A stretch of DNA of 64,000 nt from an uncultured Actinomycetota bacterium (GCA_963718235.1 CAVQYR010000001.1:1-64000); one strand, 5' to 3'; counted from the stretch's first letter, positions 1 through 11,116 are shown. A program made the numbers and translations. Notes: generated by a model not told the origin, from the letters alone.

Positions 1-64
1 TAGCGGAGCTGGGAAGGAATGGCAAGGATCAAGGCGTCGGCCGGATTCGGCGTCCGGCCTCCCG

Positions 65-622
65 CTATCGCACGACGCGGTAGCGAGGAACACGTACCTC
101 GAGTTGAAGGTGCGGGTCTCGACGAGTTCGAGATCCACCCGACGCTCGCGGTGGGCGAAGAACGGGATGCCGCCGCCAACCAGCACTGGGTGGACCACGG
201 CCTGGTACTCGTCGATCAAACCCAGCGCGGCTGCCTCGGCGGCGAGCGTCGCGCCGCCGATCGCGATGTCGCCCTCCCCCGGCTCGGCTCGAAACCGCGC
301 GATCTCCTCGGCCAGGCCCCCGGAGGCCAGGCGGGCATTGCCCTGCACCGCCGACAGCGTGGTGGAGAACACCACCTTGGGCAGCGGCTTCCAGAGCGCG
401 GTCCACTCAAGCTCCGCCTCGTCGAGCGACGAGTCCTGGTCGGCGGTCTCCCAGTACAGCATCGTCTCGTACAGCCGGCGTCCCAACAGGTGCACGCCGA
501 CCTCGCGAATACTGTCGATCCAGAAGCGAAGACCTCCGGGTCAGGCGCCGTCGTCGAACTCACCGTCCGGCCACGATGTAGCCGTCGAGTGAGACACCCA
601 TCGAATAGGTCACGCTGCGCAT
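65..622 (-). CDS. Dihydrofolate reductase-like / RibD C-terminal domain protein (frameshifted in this sequence)
   Basis: Reverse strand starts MRSVTYSMGVSLDGYIV, has later segments resembling this family and ends ...RYRVVR*; the reading frame breaks more than once. Confidence 0.7.
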
Positions 623-814
623 CAGCAGTCCTCCTCCAACCCGGTTCGACAGTACTGACGCCTCACCAGCACTCACCGAGGCTAGCGGCAGTCGCTGGGC
701 ATTGAGTTGCCAACACAGACTCCGGGCGACCGACCGCGCCTTCGTCTGCTGCTCGGACCAGCCTCACCCACTCACCCAGCAAGCCAGGGAGACCGGCTCC
801 TGTGCCAATTCGGC

Positions 815-843
815 TTGACTGGGTGCCAGTTTGGCACCATCCT
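815..843 (+). promoter_or_regulatory. Probable leaderless promoter with a palindromic operator
   Basis: TTGACT(815-820)-17 nt-CATCCT(838-843), ATG at 850; inverted repeat GGTGCCA-gtt-TGGCACC (822-838) lies between the boxes. Confidence 0.5.
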
Positions 844-849
844 TGTGCC

Positions 850-1434
850 ATGCACCTCGATCGATATATCGACGACATCACCCGTCAGATGGCCGCGGCC
901 GCCGCGGCAGGTGGTCCCGAGGCGGAGTCGCTCGCCGAGCGCCTGGTTCTCCCGCTGCGGTCGGCGGTCCGCCTGGCGCTGCTCGAGTCCCTGTCCGCCG
1001 CGGCGGATGAGCTCACCCTCGAGTTGGCCCCCGGGTCGGTGGAGGTGCGGCTACGCGGCGGCGAACCCAGCTTCGTCATCCAGGGCGTGGCCGCGACGCC
1101 GCCGGCCAGCGAGCCGGTCCCGGCGCCGCTGTATGCCAACGCCGAGGACGCCATCTCCGCGGAGATTGACGCCGCCATGCGCACCTTCACGGCTCAGGAT
1201 GCCCTGTCCACGCCCCGCCGACGAGGGCGCCAGCCGATCAACCTGCGGATGCCCGACTCGTTGAAGGCCCGCGTCGAGGCTGCGGCCCTGCGCGAGGGTC
1301 GCTCGGTCAACGCCTGGCTCGTGCGCGCCGCCACCGCCGCGGTCAACCAGGCGGCTCCCATCCCCCCCAGCGCTCCCAGCCCGCCCGCCGCCTCCCGCCG
1401 CGGCTCCAAGCGGGTCACCGGCTGGGCACAGTGA
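850..1434 (+). CDS. Actinobacterial HicB-like / ribbon-helix-helix regulator heading a DUF4097-ABC operon
   Basis: MHLDRYIDDITRQ...LELAPGSVEVRLRG; C-terminal RHH-like INLRMPDSLKARVEAAALREGRSVNAWLVRA. Confidence 0.75.
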   Translation: MHLDRYIDDITRQMAAAAAAGGPEAESLAERLVLPLRSAVRLALLESLSAAADELTLELAPGSVEVRLRGGEPSFVIQGVAATPPASEPVPAPLYANAEDAISAEIDAAMRTFTAQDALSTPRRRGRQPINLRMPDSLKARVEAAALREGRSVNAWLVRAATAAVNQAAPIPPSAPSPPAASRRGSKRVTGWAQ

Positions 1435-1448
1435 ACGAGAGGAACAGC

Positions 1449-2325
1449 ATGAGGACCTTCCCCACACCCGCACCGATCGCGGTCACCGTCGAGGCCAACT
1501 TCGCCGACGTCCAGGTCGTGGCCGGCGACCGCTCCGACACCCTGGTCGACGTCCGCCCGACCGACCCGGACGACCGGGCGCATGTCGAGGTCGCGGAGGC
1601 CACCCGCGTCGAGCTGCTCGGCGACCAGCTGCGGGTGATCGCCCCGAAGCCAGCCTGCTGGCCCGGATCCTCAACTCCCCCTCGCTGGACATCACGATCA
1701 GCCTGCCGAGCGGATCGGCCGTACGCGCCGACCTGGGTGCGGGCAACGTCGCGGCCACGGGCACGCTGGGCCACTGCACGGTCCACACGGGCGCCGGCAA
1801 CATCCGCCTCGCAGACACCGGCGCACTCGATGCGCACAGCGGCACCGGCGACATCATCGTCGGCAACGTCACCGGCGACGCCACGATCGAGACACCAGCC
1901 GGCCACACCCAGATCGCCTCGGCAACTGGCGCGTCGATGTCAAGAACGGCAGCACCGGTCCTCGCATCGGGACGGTCGGTGGTGACCTGCGGGTCCGCGC
2001 CGGGCACGGCCGCATCGAGGTCGAGTCGGTGGCGGGCAGCGTCGAAGCCCGCACCGCCCACGGGGCCGTGGTGATCGGGGTCGCCACCGGGGCCGACGTC
2101 GACCTCAAGACCTCACACGGGGACCTCGAGGTCGGCATGCCCGACGGCCGAGCCGTGTGGTTGGACCTCGACACGAAGTACGGCCGGGTCGTCAGCGAGT
2201 TCGTCCCGACCGCCGCCGCGCCACCCACTGGCGGGCCCTCGGCGCGCATCGTCGGGCGCACCTCGTACGGCGACATCCGCATCCGGCGGATCGGCGACAC
2301 CCCGGACACCGACGGGACGGCGTGA
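1449..2325 (+). CDS. DUF4097 beta-strand-repeat protein (frameshifted)
   Basis: MRTFPTPAPIAVTVE... and C-terminal repeats ARTAHGAV, KTSHGDLEVG, RTSYGDIRI, split over several frames. Confidence 0.75.
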
Positions 2326-2327
2326 CC

Positions 2328-2798
2328 ATGAACGCCGGCACGCCAGCGATCGAGGCCGTCGGCCTCACCCGCCGCTACGGCGAGACCACCGTCCTCGACG
2401 TGGAGAACCTGCACGTCAGCCAGGGAGAGGCCGTGGCCCTACCTCGGCCCCAACGGCGCCGGCAAGACCACGATGGTGGACATCCTGTCCACCCTGATCC
2501 AGCCCACGGCCGAACCGGGCGCGTCCTGGGTCACGATGTCGTGCACGAGGCCGATGCGGTGCGCAGGCTGATCGGCGTCACCGGCCAGTTCTCCGCGGTG
2601 GACGACCTGCTCACCGGCCGGGAGAACCTGGCCCTTATGGCCGACCTGCACCACCTGCCCCGCCCCCAGGGTCGCAGCCGGACCGACGAGCTGCTCGAGA
2701 CGTTCGACCTCGTCGAGGCCGCCGACCGGGTGCCCACCACCTACTCCGGGGGCATGCGCCGCCGCCTGGACCTGGCGATGACCCTCATCGGGCCGTGA
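2328..2798 (+). pseudogene. ABC transporter ATP-binding subunit (DrrA-like), truncated by a transposon end
   Basis: Walker A GPNGAGKTT (frameshifted) and signature YSGGMRRRLDLA; stops at the inverted repeat before Walker B; no permease follows. Confidence 0.8.
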
Positions 2799-3374
2799 CT
2801 AACACGAATCGCAAAACCGCCGCTAAGGGGCAGGGACGGTGGTCGAGTTGGAGCTGTTCGTGGTGCTCGACGACCAGGACCGGGTGCTGATCGCGGGGCG
2901 GCGGCGCGATCCGGGCGGGTTGGGATCCGCGGGGCCGCTCCGTCGTGCACCTCGTCGCCCTCGGCGCAGAACTGCGCGAGCGCGGGGTCGGCCTGCACGT
3001 CCTCGAGCAGGGCATCGCCACCAGCACCATCGAGGGCCGCGCCATGTTCGGCATGCTCTCGGTGCTCGCTGAGCTGCGGCGGGAGCTGATCGTGGCCAGC
3101 ACCCGCGACGGCCCGGTGGCGGTGCGGGCACGGGGACGCACCGGCGGGCGACGACCGGCGTTCGGCCGGGACCAGATCGAGATCGCCCAAGGCCCCTACG
3201 ACGCGGGCGAGAAGGCCGTGCAACAGATAGCCGACATCCTCAAAGCCCCCCGGGCCACCGTGTACGGACACCGCGACCGCACCAAGAGCGCGCCGCGCCA
3301 GGCTGCAGGAACGGGCAACGCGAAGACCTGAGGACCTCTAGCGCCGGTTTTCCGATCCGTGTTAGTCACGGGCC
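2790..3374. mobile_element. Non-autonomous Tn3-family mini-element (585 bp)
   Basis: 38-bp terminal IRs: GGGCCGTGACTAACACGAATCGCAAAACCGCCGCTAAG (2790-2827) matches the reverse complement of 3337-3374 at 32/38; left IR ends in TAAG as Tn3 IRs do; contains a resolvase fragment. Confidence 0.75.
2945..3331 (+). pseudogene. C-terminal part of a serine resolvase/invertase
   Basis: LHVLEQGIATSTIEGRAMFGMLSVLAELRRELIV...ARGRTGGRRP plus HTH IADILKAPRATVY; catalytic N-terminus (YxRVS) absent. Confidence 0.8.
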
Positions 3375-3472
3375 TGACACAGGCCGCTCACGTAAGACCG
3401 TTTCTGAGACGGTCTCACAGTCCCCACCTGCCCTGCGGGCGCTAGGGGTTCGGTGGCAGGGTGGGAGATGGG

Positions 3473-4047
3473 ATGAGGTGGCCCGGAGATCCGGTCGGCG
3501 CGCTGGCCTACCTGCTCACCCGCGGCCCAAGGCCTGACCCCCCGAACCTGAGGAGCGCCACCACACGACGACAGACCGCAGCACCCTGGCCGCTGCCATC
3601 AACGCCAGCGGCCTATGGGCCGCGTACGGCGACGCAGCCGGCCCCCTCGGGTTCGGAGGCTCGGCCCGCGCCTGCGCCAGCGCAAACTGGGAGGTCAACG
3701 CCCGGCTCGCCCGAGCGGACGGCAGCACCGACTCCGGCGACCCGACCAAGGGCGAGGCGTGGGTCGCAGCCCACCCAGCCGAGGTCGCTGTCAGCGAGGC
3801 GCTCGGCTACCCAGAAGGCGAGCCGCTCCCACAGGAGTTGCGGCTGTCGGCCGCTGACGTGGAGGCGCTGGCCGGGCTGATCCCTTCGACCACCGACCTG
3901 CGCTTGCGGATCAGCGGGCAGACCCTGCAGCTTGAGGAGTGGCTCGAAGCCTCGCCAGCAGGCACACCCCACTCCGAGGCCGTGGCAGCAGCACTCGCCT
4001 CGGGCCGGGCGCTGCTGCGTGCCCTGGCCCCGCGTCCCAAGACCTGA
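3473..4047 (+). CDS. Hypothetical protein (probably frameshifted)
   Basis: Protein-like reading LAAAINASGLWAAYG...EEWLEASPAG...LRALAPRPKT*; start uncertain. Confidence 0.3.
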
Positions 4048-4535
4048 GCACCGGCTCAGACGACACGAGCAGTACCAATGCCCTCTACGCCACCAACTCC
4101 GCGGTCGACTTCAGCATGACCGACATCGCCACGAAGCGACCGCCTCCGCAGCTGGGTGAAGCGTCCTAAGTGGGTGCCGCATCTGTGTGGGCCGGGAAAC
4201 CGCGCCCTGGTGTCTCAGCATGGCCGTCGACGGCTGGGCTGGCCAGGCCGGTCGTCAGTCACACTGAGTTATCACTGGGAGCCCACACCCTAGTCCGACA
4301 GATTGGCGGTCAATCCAGCCTCGGGCATGGGCCGACCCGGCCTCGGTCACGCTGGGTGAGTTGAGCCGGGCGAGTGGCCGCCATGGTGATGTGCATCGAC
4401 GTGGAGTGGCGCTGAGCGGCTCTTGACAGTCCTTCGCGGCGATATGCAGCATCTTGCTCGCGACCCGGAATGTTCCGGGTGCGAGTCGACCTGCGGGAGA
4501 AGGCGAGGCGTGGGGCAACCCAGCATGATTGCGAC

Positions 4536-5049
4536 ATGGTCTGGCCGGACGTCACCCCCGTCGTGACCGCTCGCTGTCGCCTGCAGCCACTGGCCTCCAC
4601 CCACGCCGAGGCGATGCTGCCTGTCCTGGCCGACCCGGAACTGTACGAGTTCATGGGCGGTAACCCTCCACGGTCGATGAGTTGCGGCGCCGATACCAAG
4701 CCCAGTCCGTCGGTCACTCCCCGGACGGGCAGCAATGGTGGTGCAACTGGATCGTGACCGCACTCGACGACGGTCGCATGGTCGGCTACGTCCAGTCGAC
4801 GGTCAACGTTCGAGTGGCCGGCTGCAGGCCGATGTCGCGTGGGTCATTCAGTCAGGCGACCAGGGACGCGGCCTGGCCACCGACGCCGCCCGAGGGATGA
4901 TCCACTGGCTCGACCAACACGGCGTGGTTCGATACACCGCGTACATCCATCCGCGGCACACCGCGTCCGCACGTGTGGCTTCCAAGCTCGGAATGCACCG
5001 AACCTCCGCCACGCGCGGCGGCGAGATCCGATGGGAATCCAGCGACTGA
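4536..5049 (+). CDS. RimJ/RimL-type GNAT acetyltransferase (frameshifted)
   Basis: VLADPELYEFMGG / WCNWIV / DVAWVIQSGDQGRGLAT / IHPRHTASARVASKLG across three frames. Confidence 0.75.
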
Positions 5050-5167
5050 CCAGTCCCGGTCCGGGATCCCCACCGGGACACCTTCGGCTGCTGTGATGGC
5101 TGCCCCCAACGCGCGTTTCGCGGCGGAATGCCGCGCCTCGCCATTTCGGAAAGAGGCCGGTTGCGGT

Positions 5168-6403
5168 TCAGGCCTCCACTGCCTCTGCGTGGGCCACGTA
5201 CACAACTGGCGCCAGACCAGGGCGAGGGTCATGCCCGCGCCGACGAAGGCGAACCAGAACGGCGCGGTCAGGCCCCAACGCGACGCGATGACACCGCCGA
5301 GCGCCTGCCCGATCACCAGGCCACCGACCACAGCCACCATGTAGACGCTGCCCACCCGGCCCTGCAGTGCGGTGGGCGTGGCCCGCTGGCGCACCGTCGT
5401 GGACACCGCCGCCCACACGAACGCGTAGGCGCCGAACAGCACCATGATCATCAGCGCGACCCCGCCGGAGGGCGCGAGCGCGAGGCCCAGATGGGTGAAG
5501 ACCTCGAGCAGCAGGCACGTGCGCATGACCGTCGCAAGCTCGAACCGCCGCTCGATCCGGCCGTAGGCGGCCGTGCTCACCAGGCCGCCGATCGCGGCCG
5601 CAGCGGTGAGTAGCCCGAAGCCGACCTCGCCCATGCCCAGGTGGTCCAGAGCGTAGAGGACGAGCACCGACCACGCGGCTCCCCAGGTGATGTTGAACGA
5701 CACGATCACGAGCGCGAGCGTGCGCACCGCGTCGTTGTGTAGGACCCAGGAGACGCCCTCCTTGATGTCGCGGAGGACGTGAGTGCCGGCCACGTCGCGG
5801 ACCGCGCCCCGGGGGGTGGCGATACGCGCAATCAGGACCACGGAGGCCACGATCAGCAGCGCCTGGGCGGCGAACGGCCACACCATGCCCGCCGCGAAGA
5901 GGAATGCCCCCAGCGGTGGGCCGAGGATCTGGTTGGCCAGCAGGTAGCTGCCCTGCAGCCGCGCGTTTCCGATACCGAGGTCATCCGACCTGACAAGCAT
6001 CGGTAGCAGCGTCTGCGACGTCGTGTCGACGAACACCTCAGCGATGCCGAGCAGCAGCATCGCCACCAGGACGACGCCCGACGTTGACCCGGTCGGTCAC
6101 GATGGCCAGGCAGAGCACCGCCACCACAACAGCGCGCGCGAGGTTGGCGATGATGATCAGCCGCTTTCGGTCCACCCGGTCTGCCAGAGCGCCTGCATAC
6201 AGACCCAACAGCAGCCACGGCAGGCGCTGCAGCACCACCGCCATCGCCACAAGGAACGGCTCGCGGGTCTGCGAAGCGACGAGGAGGGGTCCGGCGGCCA
6301 GAGCGATCCCGTCGCTGATGTTGCTGACCCAGCTGGAGCCCAGCAGCCAGCGAAAGCTGGTTCCCATCCGCTCAGGCGCGACGCGCTCCACGATCCTGAC
6401 CAC
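5168..6403 (-). CDS. MFS transporter (frameshifted)
   Basis: Motif A GALADRVDRKR, many hydrophobic helices, RQRATPTALQGRVGSVY. Confidence 0.85.
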
Positions 6404-6699
6404 AATCGGGCAATTCTATCGGCGGAGGGGACCCCGATCGCCCGGTCACGCGTTCGCGGAGGCATCGCTCTCAACGCCTGACCTGACCGGCCCGGCACCG
6501 AGCCCGCATCTCCAGCGTCCCCGCCACATCCCCCAGGACTGCCAACAGCGGACCGCTGTCCCCTGCCCCCTACGTGCGCGACAGGCGGCGAAAATGGACG
6601 CGGCCACCGCCACCGGGTCTTGGTGCATCCTCCACGTGCGGGCCACGCTGGCCTCCGGTGACTGAGGACCCCGGGTCGCTGGGTAACGTCGGCGGCGTC

Positions 6700-7236
6700 G
6701 TCAATGTCGTGGAAGCGGATGCGATCAGGTTCCTTCCTGGTCCGCGGCTCGTAGCCCGCCTCCCGGAACACCGTGATCATCCGGGTGTTCGTGGGCAGCA
6801 CCTCGGCGACGAACCGCTCCACGCCGTTCTCGCGGGCCGCGGCCGCCAGGTGCTCGAGCAGGACCGACCCCAGCCCCCGGCCCTGGTAGTCGTCGCGGAT
6901 GGTGAAGGCGACCTCGGCCTCCCCTGACTCGAGCCGGTCGTAGCGGACGACCCCGATGAGGTCCTCGCCGACCGTCGCGACGATCGCCACCCGGTCCTCG
7001 TAGTCGACCTGGGTGAACCGGGCCACGTCCCGGTCGGTGAGCACCGGGTACGGCGCGAAAAACCGGTAGTAGATCGTCTCCTCGGAGAGCCGGGAGTGGA
7101 ACTCGCGCAGGCGGTCGGCGTCGTCCGGCCGGATCGGTCGCAGGTGCGCGGTCCCCCCGTCACGCAGCACGACGTCGGCCTCCCAGAGCGCCGGGTACGG
7201 ACGAGGCGCCGGGTCGGGACGATCCACGGCCTCCAC
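6700..7236 (-). CDS. GNAT domain resembling the N-terminus of actinobacterial GNAT/acyl-CoA-ligase fusion proteins; apparently truncated
   Basis: WEADVVLRDGGTAHLRPIRPDD...AEVAFTIRDDYQGRGLGSVLLEHLAAAARENGVERFVAEVLPTN; family-like sequence stops near 6740; end coordinate approximate. Confidence 0.65.
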
Positions 7237-7237
7237 G

Positions 7238-8625
7238 CTAGCCTGCGCGGACCGCGGCCAGGACCCTGACCACGGCGGCGACCGCCGCGTCCACGTCGCC
7301 CGGGGTGGTGGTCCAGTTGCTCACCGACACCCGCATCGCCCCTCGACCCCGGAACGTCGTCCCGGTCAGGTAGGCCGTGCCGTCGACCAGAAGCCCGGAG
7401 ACGACCGCGCGGGTCACCTCGTCGTCGTCGTCGAACCGGACGAGCACTTGGTTCAGGACCACGTCGTTGAGCACCTCGGCGCCGGGCACGGCCGCCATCC
7501 CGACCGCGAACCGTCTGGCGTGGCCGCAGGAGCGATCCACCAGGTCCGCCACGCCCTGCCGGCCCAGCGAGCGCAGCGCCGCGTAGACGGAGAAGCCGCG
7601 GGCCCGCCGGCTGAACTCCGGCACCAGCTCCATCGGGTCGGGCGGCCCGTCGGTGTGGATCAGATAGGCGGCCTGCACCCCCGGGGCGGCCCGGTGCGCG
7701 GCCGGATGCCGGGTGATCGCCAGTCCGCAGTCGTAGGGGACGTTGAGCCACTTGTGGGCGTCGGTGGCCCACGAGTCGGCTTCTTCGTGGCCGGTCACCA
7801 GCCGCCGGTACCGCGGCGACGCGGCCGCCCACAGGCCGAAAGCGCCGTCGACGTGCACCCACGCGCCCGCGCCGTGCGCCACTCGACCGCCTCGCCGAGG
7901 GGGTCGAACGAGCCGGTGTTCACGTTGCCCGCTGCCACGGTGACGATCGTCGGCTCCCCGGCGGCCTCGACCAGTGCCCTCGCGAGGTCGTCGAGCTCGA
8001 TCCGCCCCTGGTCGTCCGTGGTGACGCGACGCTGGGTGCCGACCCCGAGGCCGACGTAGCGCAGCGCGACGTCCACGGTCGCGTGCCGCTCCTCGGGCAC
8101 GATCACCCTGACCCGAGGCGCACCCTGCAGACCCCACTCCTCGACGTCCCAGCCCGCCTGCGCCAGCACGTGGTGGCGCGCGGCCAGGAGCCCGGTGGCG
8201 GTGGCCATGCAGCCCCCGGTCACGTAGCCGACCGAGCAGCCGGCCGGTAGACCGAGCAGGTCGAGCAGCCAGCCCGAGGCCACCGTCTCCGCCGCCGCAG
8301 CAGCGGGGGTCGGGGCGATCAGCCCGGCGTTCTGGTCCCAGGCGGAGGTCAGCCAGTCGGCGCCGAGCGCGGCCGGCAGCGATCCCCCGATGACGAAGCC
8401 GAAGAACCGCCCGGACGGCATGGCGGTGAGTCCCGGGTCGGCCGCCAGCGCCAGCGCGTCGACGACGTCCGCGGGGTTCATCGGCATCTCGGGCAGGTCG
8501 CCACCGAGCGCCTCGAGCATGCGGGGGTAGTCCGCTCGGGCGGCCACGGGTCGCTCCGGGAGACCCACCAGCCAGCTGCGTGCGTGCGCCGCGGCCCGGT
8601 CCAGCGCGTGCAGCGTCTCGTCCAT
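7238..8625 (-). CDS. PLP-dependent group II (aromatic-amino-acid-type) decarboxylase (one frameshift)
   Basis: RFFGFVIGGSLPAA, WVHVDGAFG, PLP-lysine motif SWATDAHKWLNVPYDCG. Confidence 0.88.
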
Positions 8626-8646
8626 GGGGTGACGATAGGGGGCCTG

Positions 8647-8680
8647 TCGAGGGGCGCCCCGGACGCAGGGCGCCCCTCGA
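8647..8680 (-). terminator. Intrinsic terminator-like hairpin
   Basis: 13-bp perfect stem TCGAGGGGCGCCC / GGGCGCCCCTCGA just downstream of the 8695-9363 gene. Confidence 0.6.
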
Positions 8681-8694
8681 TCGTTGCCGAGGCC

Positions 8695-9363
8695 CTACGG
8701 CGTGTAGGTGAACCTCAGGCTGTTACCGGGGTCCGGTGCCGGGAGGGCGTCGTTGCAGCTGCGCTGCGTGTAGTCGGTGAAGTAGAAGTTCTCGATGCCG
8801 ATGGTGGCCGAGGCGCCGTCACCGGACGCGTAGCGGGTCTCGAAGTACGGCTTGTTCTCGAAGAAGATGATCTCCGCTCGCACCGGGTCGTCGGCGGAGT
8901 TGAACAGGATCCCCTTCCAGCTGATGACGAACTTGCGCACCCCCGCCTTGCCGCTCACCTTGGTGAAGACGCCATCGCCGCTGGCGGCTTGCTGGCGGAT
9001 GAAGATGTCGTCCCAGTAGACGAGGACGCTCGGCCCGGACAGGATCCCGGTGGGCAGGCAGGTGTTGGACCACGCGGCGCTCGGGGTCTTGCCGAACTGC
9101 ACGTTCCCGTTGGAGCTGACCCACACCGATGTGCGTGGCCTGGAGCCGTACAGCGTCACGGAGAAGGGCAGCGTCACGCTCTTGACGGCGTCGTCGACGC
9201 CGGTGGGCCACAGGTTGTTCCCCGCGGTCAGGTAGGAGGCGGATCCGCGGACGATGGTGTAGCTGCTGAGGGCCGCGGTGGCCTGCGGCGCGACGAGCGC
9301 CGAGCCGGTCAGAGCCAGACCGATCCCGGCCACAAGCGCCAGGGACCGTCTGCTGATCTTCAT
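8695..9363 (-). CDS. Secreted protein with a nidogen (NIDO)-like beta domain
   Basis: Signal peptide MKISRRSLALVAG...ATA; DDAVKSVTLPFSVTLYG...VWVSSNGNVQF pattern. Confidence 0.6.
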   Translation of the reverse strand: MKISRRSLALVAGIGLALTGSALVAPQATAALSSYTIVRGSASYLTAGNNLWPTGVDDAVKSVTLPFSVTLYGSRPRTSVWVSSNGNVQFGKTPSAAWSNTCLPTGILSGPSVLVYWDDIFIRQQAASGDGVFTKVSGKAGVRKFVISWKGILFNSADDPVRAEIIFFENKPYFETRYASGDGASATIGIENFYFTDYTQRSCNDALPAPDPGNSLRFTYTP

Positions 9364-9493
9364 GGGATCTCCCCTCGTGACGGAGGGCGCCTCCCGGTTG
9401 GTGGCGGATCCGCCACTGACATCGCCATCGTGGTGCCGGGGGAGGTTCACCCACAAGGCCTAACGTCCCGCACCGGTCACTACGCTCGCCGCC

Positions 9494-10414
9494 ATGGACG
9501 CCGTCTCGATCCACCCCGAGGTCCACGCCGCCCTGCGCCGACGGGCTCCCGTCGTCGCGCTGGAGTCGACGATCATCAGCCACGGCCTGCCCCGGCCGGA
9601 GAACCTGGCGATCGCCAGGCGGATCGAGCAGGTGGTCCGTGACGAGGGAGCAGTCCCCGCGACCATCGCCGTCGTGGCAGGCCGGGTCTGCATCGGTCTG
9701 GAAGACGACCAGCTGCGGACCGTCGCGAGCAACGACGACGTCGTCAAGGTGTCCGTCCGCGACGTTGCGACCCTGGTGGCCCGCGGGGGCCACGGGGCGA
9801 CCACGGTGGCCTCGACGAGTCATCTGGCGCACCTGGTGGGGATCGGCGTGTTCGCCACCGGCGGTCTCGGCGGCGTCCACCGGCAGGCGCAGTCCTCGTG
9901 GGACGAGTCGGCCGACCTCGCCACGCTCGCGAGGACGCCCGTCACCGTGGTGTGTGCCGGGGTGAAGTCGATCCTCGACGTCCCGGCGACGCTGGAGCGG
10001 ATGGAGTCCCTCAGCATCGGCCTGCTCGGGTTCGCCACCGACCGCTTCCCCGGGTTCTACCTGACCGACTCCGGGCACCCGCTGGAGTTCCGGGTCGACT
10101 CCCCCGACGAGGTTGCCGCGGTGATCCGGGCCCGAGAGGAGCTGAGGCTGCCCGGGGCCCTGGTCGTGGCGAACCCCCTCCCCGCCGAGGAGGCGCTCGA
10201 CCTGACGCTGCACGACGCCGTCCTCGCGGACGGGCTGGCGGCGGCCGAGGCCGCCGGGGTCGCGGGGAAGGACGTCACACCGTTCCTGCTCGAGCACTTC
10301 CACCGCGGCACGAGCGGGGCCAGCCTGGCCGCCAACGTCACGATCGTCCTGCGCAACGCCGCACTGGCCGCCCGGATCGCGGTGGCGGCCGGCCCGGCAC
10401 CGCTGTCCGCCTGA
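9494..10414 (+). CDS. psuG: Pseudouridine-5'-phosphate glycosidase
   Basis: VVALESTIISHGLP, GATTVAST, FATGGLGGVHR, DESADL, GKDVTPFLL. Confidence 0.93.
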   Translation: MDAVSIHPEVHAALRRRAPVVALESTIISHGLPRPENLAIARRIEQVVRDEGAVPATIAVVAGRVCIGLEDDQLRTVASNDDVVKVSVRDVATLVARGGHGATTVASTSHLAHLVGIGVFATGGLGGVHRQAQSSWDESADLATLARTPVTVVCAGVKSILDVPATLERMESLSIGLLGFATDRFPGFYLTDSGHPLEFRVDSPDEVAAVIRAREELRLPGALVVANPLPAEEALDLTLHDAVLADGLAAAEAAGVAGKDVTPFLLEHFHRGTSGASLAANVTIVLRNAALAARIAVAAGPAPLSA

Positions 10415-10415
10415 G

Positions 10416-11111
10416 GTGGCGACCCGGCTGGTCGTCGTCGGCGACCTGATGACCGACGTGGTCGCTGTGGCGTCCGGACCGATGGCCTACGGCAGCGACA
10501 CCCGGTCGATGGTCCGGGTGACCGGCGGAGGCTCGGCCGCCAACACGGCCGCCTGGCTGGGCGTGTCCGGGGAGCCGGTCACCTACGTGGGCCGGGTGGG
10601 GGACGACCTGCTGGGTCGGGCCGCGCTGGCCGAGCTGACCGCCTGCGCCGTGGACGTCCGCGCGACGGTCGACCCGGCACGACCCACCGGCGCGTGCGTC
10701 GTCGTCGTGACCCCCGGCGGCGAGCGGTCGATGTTCCCGGACGCCGGGGCGAACGGCGCTCTCTCCCCCGCCGACCTGGCGTCCGACCTGTTCGTCCCCG
10801 GCGCCCACCTCCACCTGTCCGGCTACGCCCTGCTGAACGAGGGCTCGCGAACGGCCGCCCTGGCCGCCCTCAGGCTGGCCCGGGAGGCCGGCCTGACCGT
10901 CTCAGTCGACCCCGCGTCGGTCGACCCGCTGCGCCACGCCGGCGTCGACCGGGTGCTGGGCTGGCTGGCCGGGGTCGACCTGCTGGTGGCCAACGAGGCC
11001 GAGGTGCTGGCGCGTGCCTACCTCGTGCGGCTGGGCCAGGGTGCTCGGCGCGCGCCCCGAGCGCTTCGCCAGTGGCGCGACGCGCGACGCAGCACCAAGC
11101 CCTCGCGGTGA
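10416..11111 (+). CDS. PfkB-family kinase (probable pseudouridine kinase partner), C-terminally truncated or chimeric
   Basis: GGSAANTAAWL, VGRVGDD, NEAE; the C-terminal DTTGAGD signature is missing. Confidence 0.75.
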   Translation: MATRLVVVGDLMTDVVAVASGPMAYGSDTRSMVRVTGGGSAANTAAWLGVSGEPVTYVGRVGDDLLGRAALAELTACAVDVRATVDPARPTGACVVVVTPGGERSMFPDAGANGALSPADLASDLFVPGAHLHLSGYALLNEGSRTAALAALRLAREAGLTVSVDPASVDPLRHAGVDRVLGWLAGVDLLVANEAEVLARAYLVRLGQGARRAPRALRQWRDARRSTKPSR

Positions 11112-11116
11112 CCGGG

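Noticed and set aside
850-1434. HicAB toxin-antitoxin module
   Set aside because: No HicA toxin is adjacent; the context fits a regulator of a DUF4097-ABC operon.
4050-4530. ncRNA or riboswitch in the long intergenic stretch
   Set aside because: It contains a TTGACA hexamer but no recognisable conserved RNA motif or convincing structure; an Infernal/Rfam scan would be needed.
8819-10303. Long antisense or alternate-frame ORFs (this one, also 23894-25684, 41745-43742, 48186-49883, 61576-62865)
   Set aside because: Shadow ORFs typical of high-GC DNA; they overlap well-supported genes and have Arg/Pro/Gly-rich, motif-free translations.
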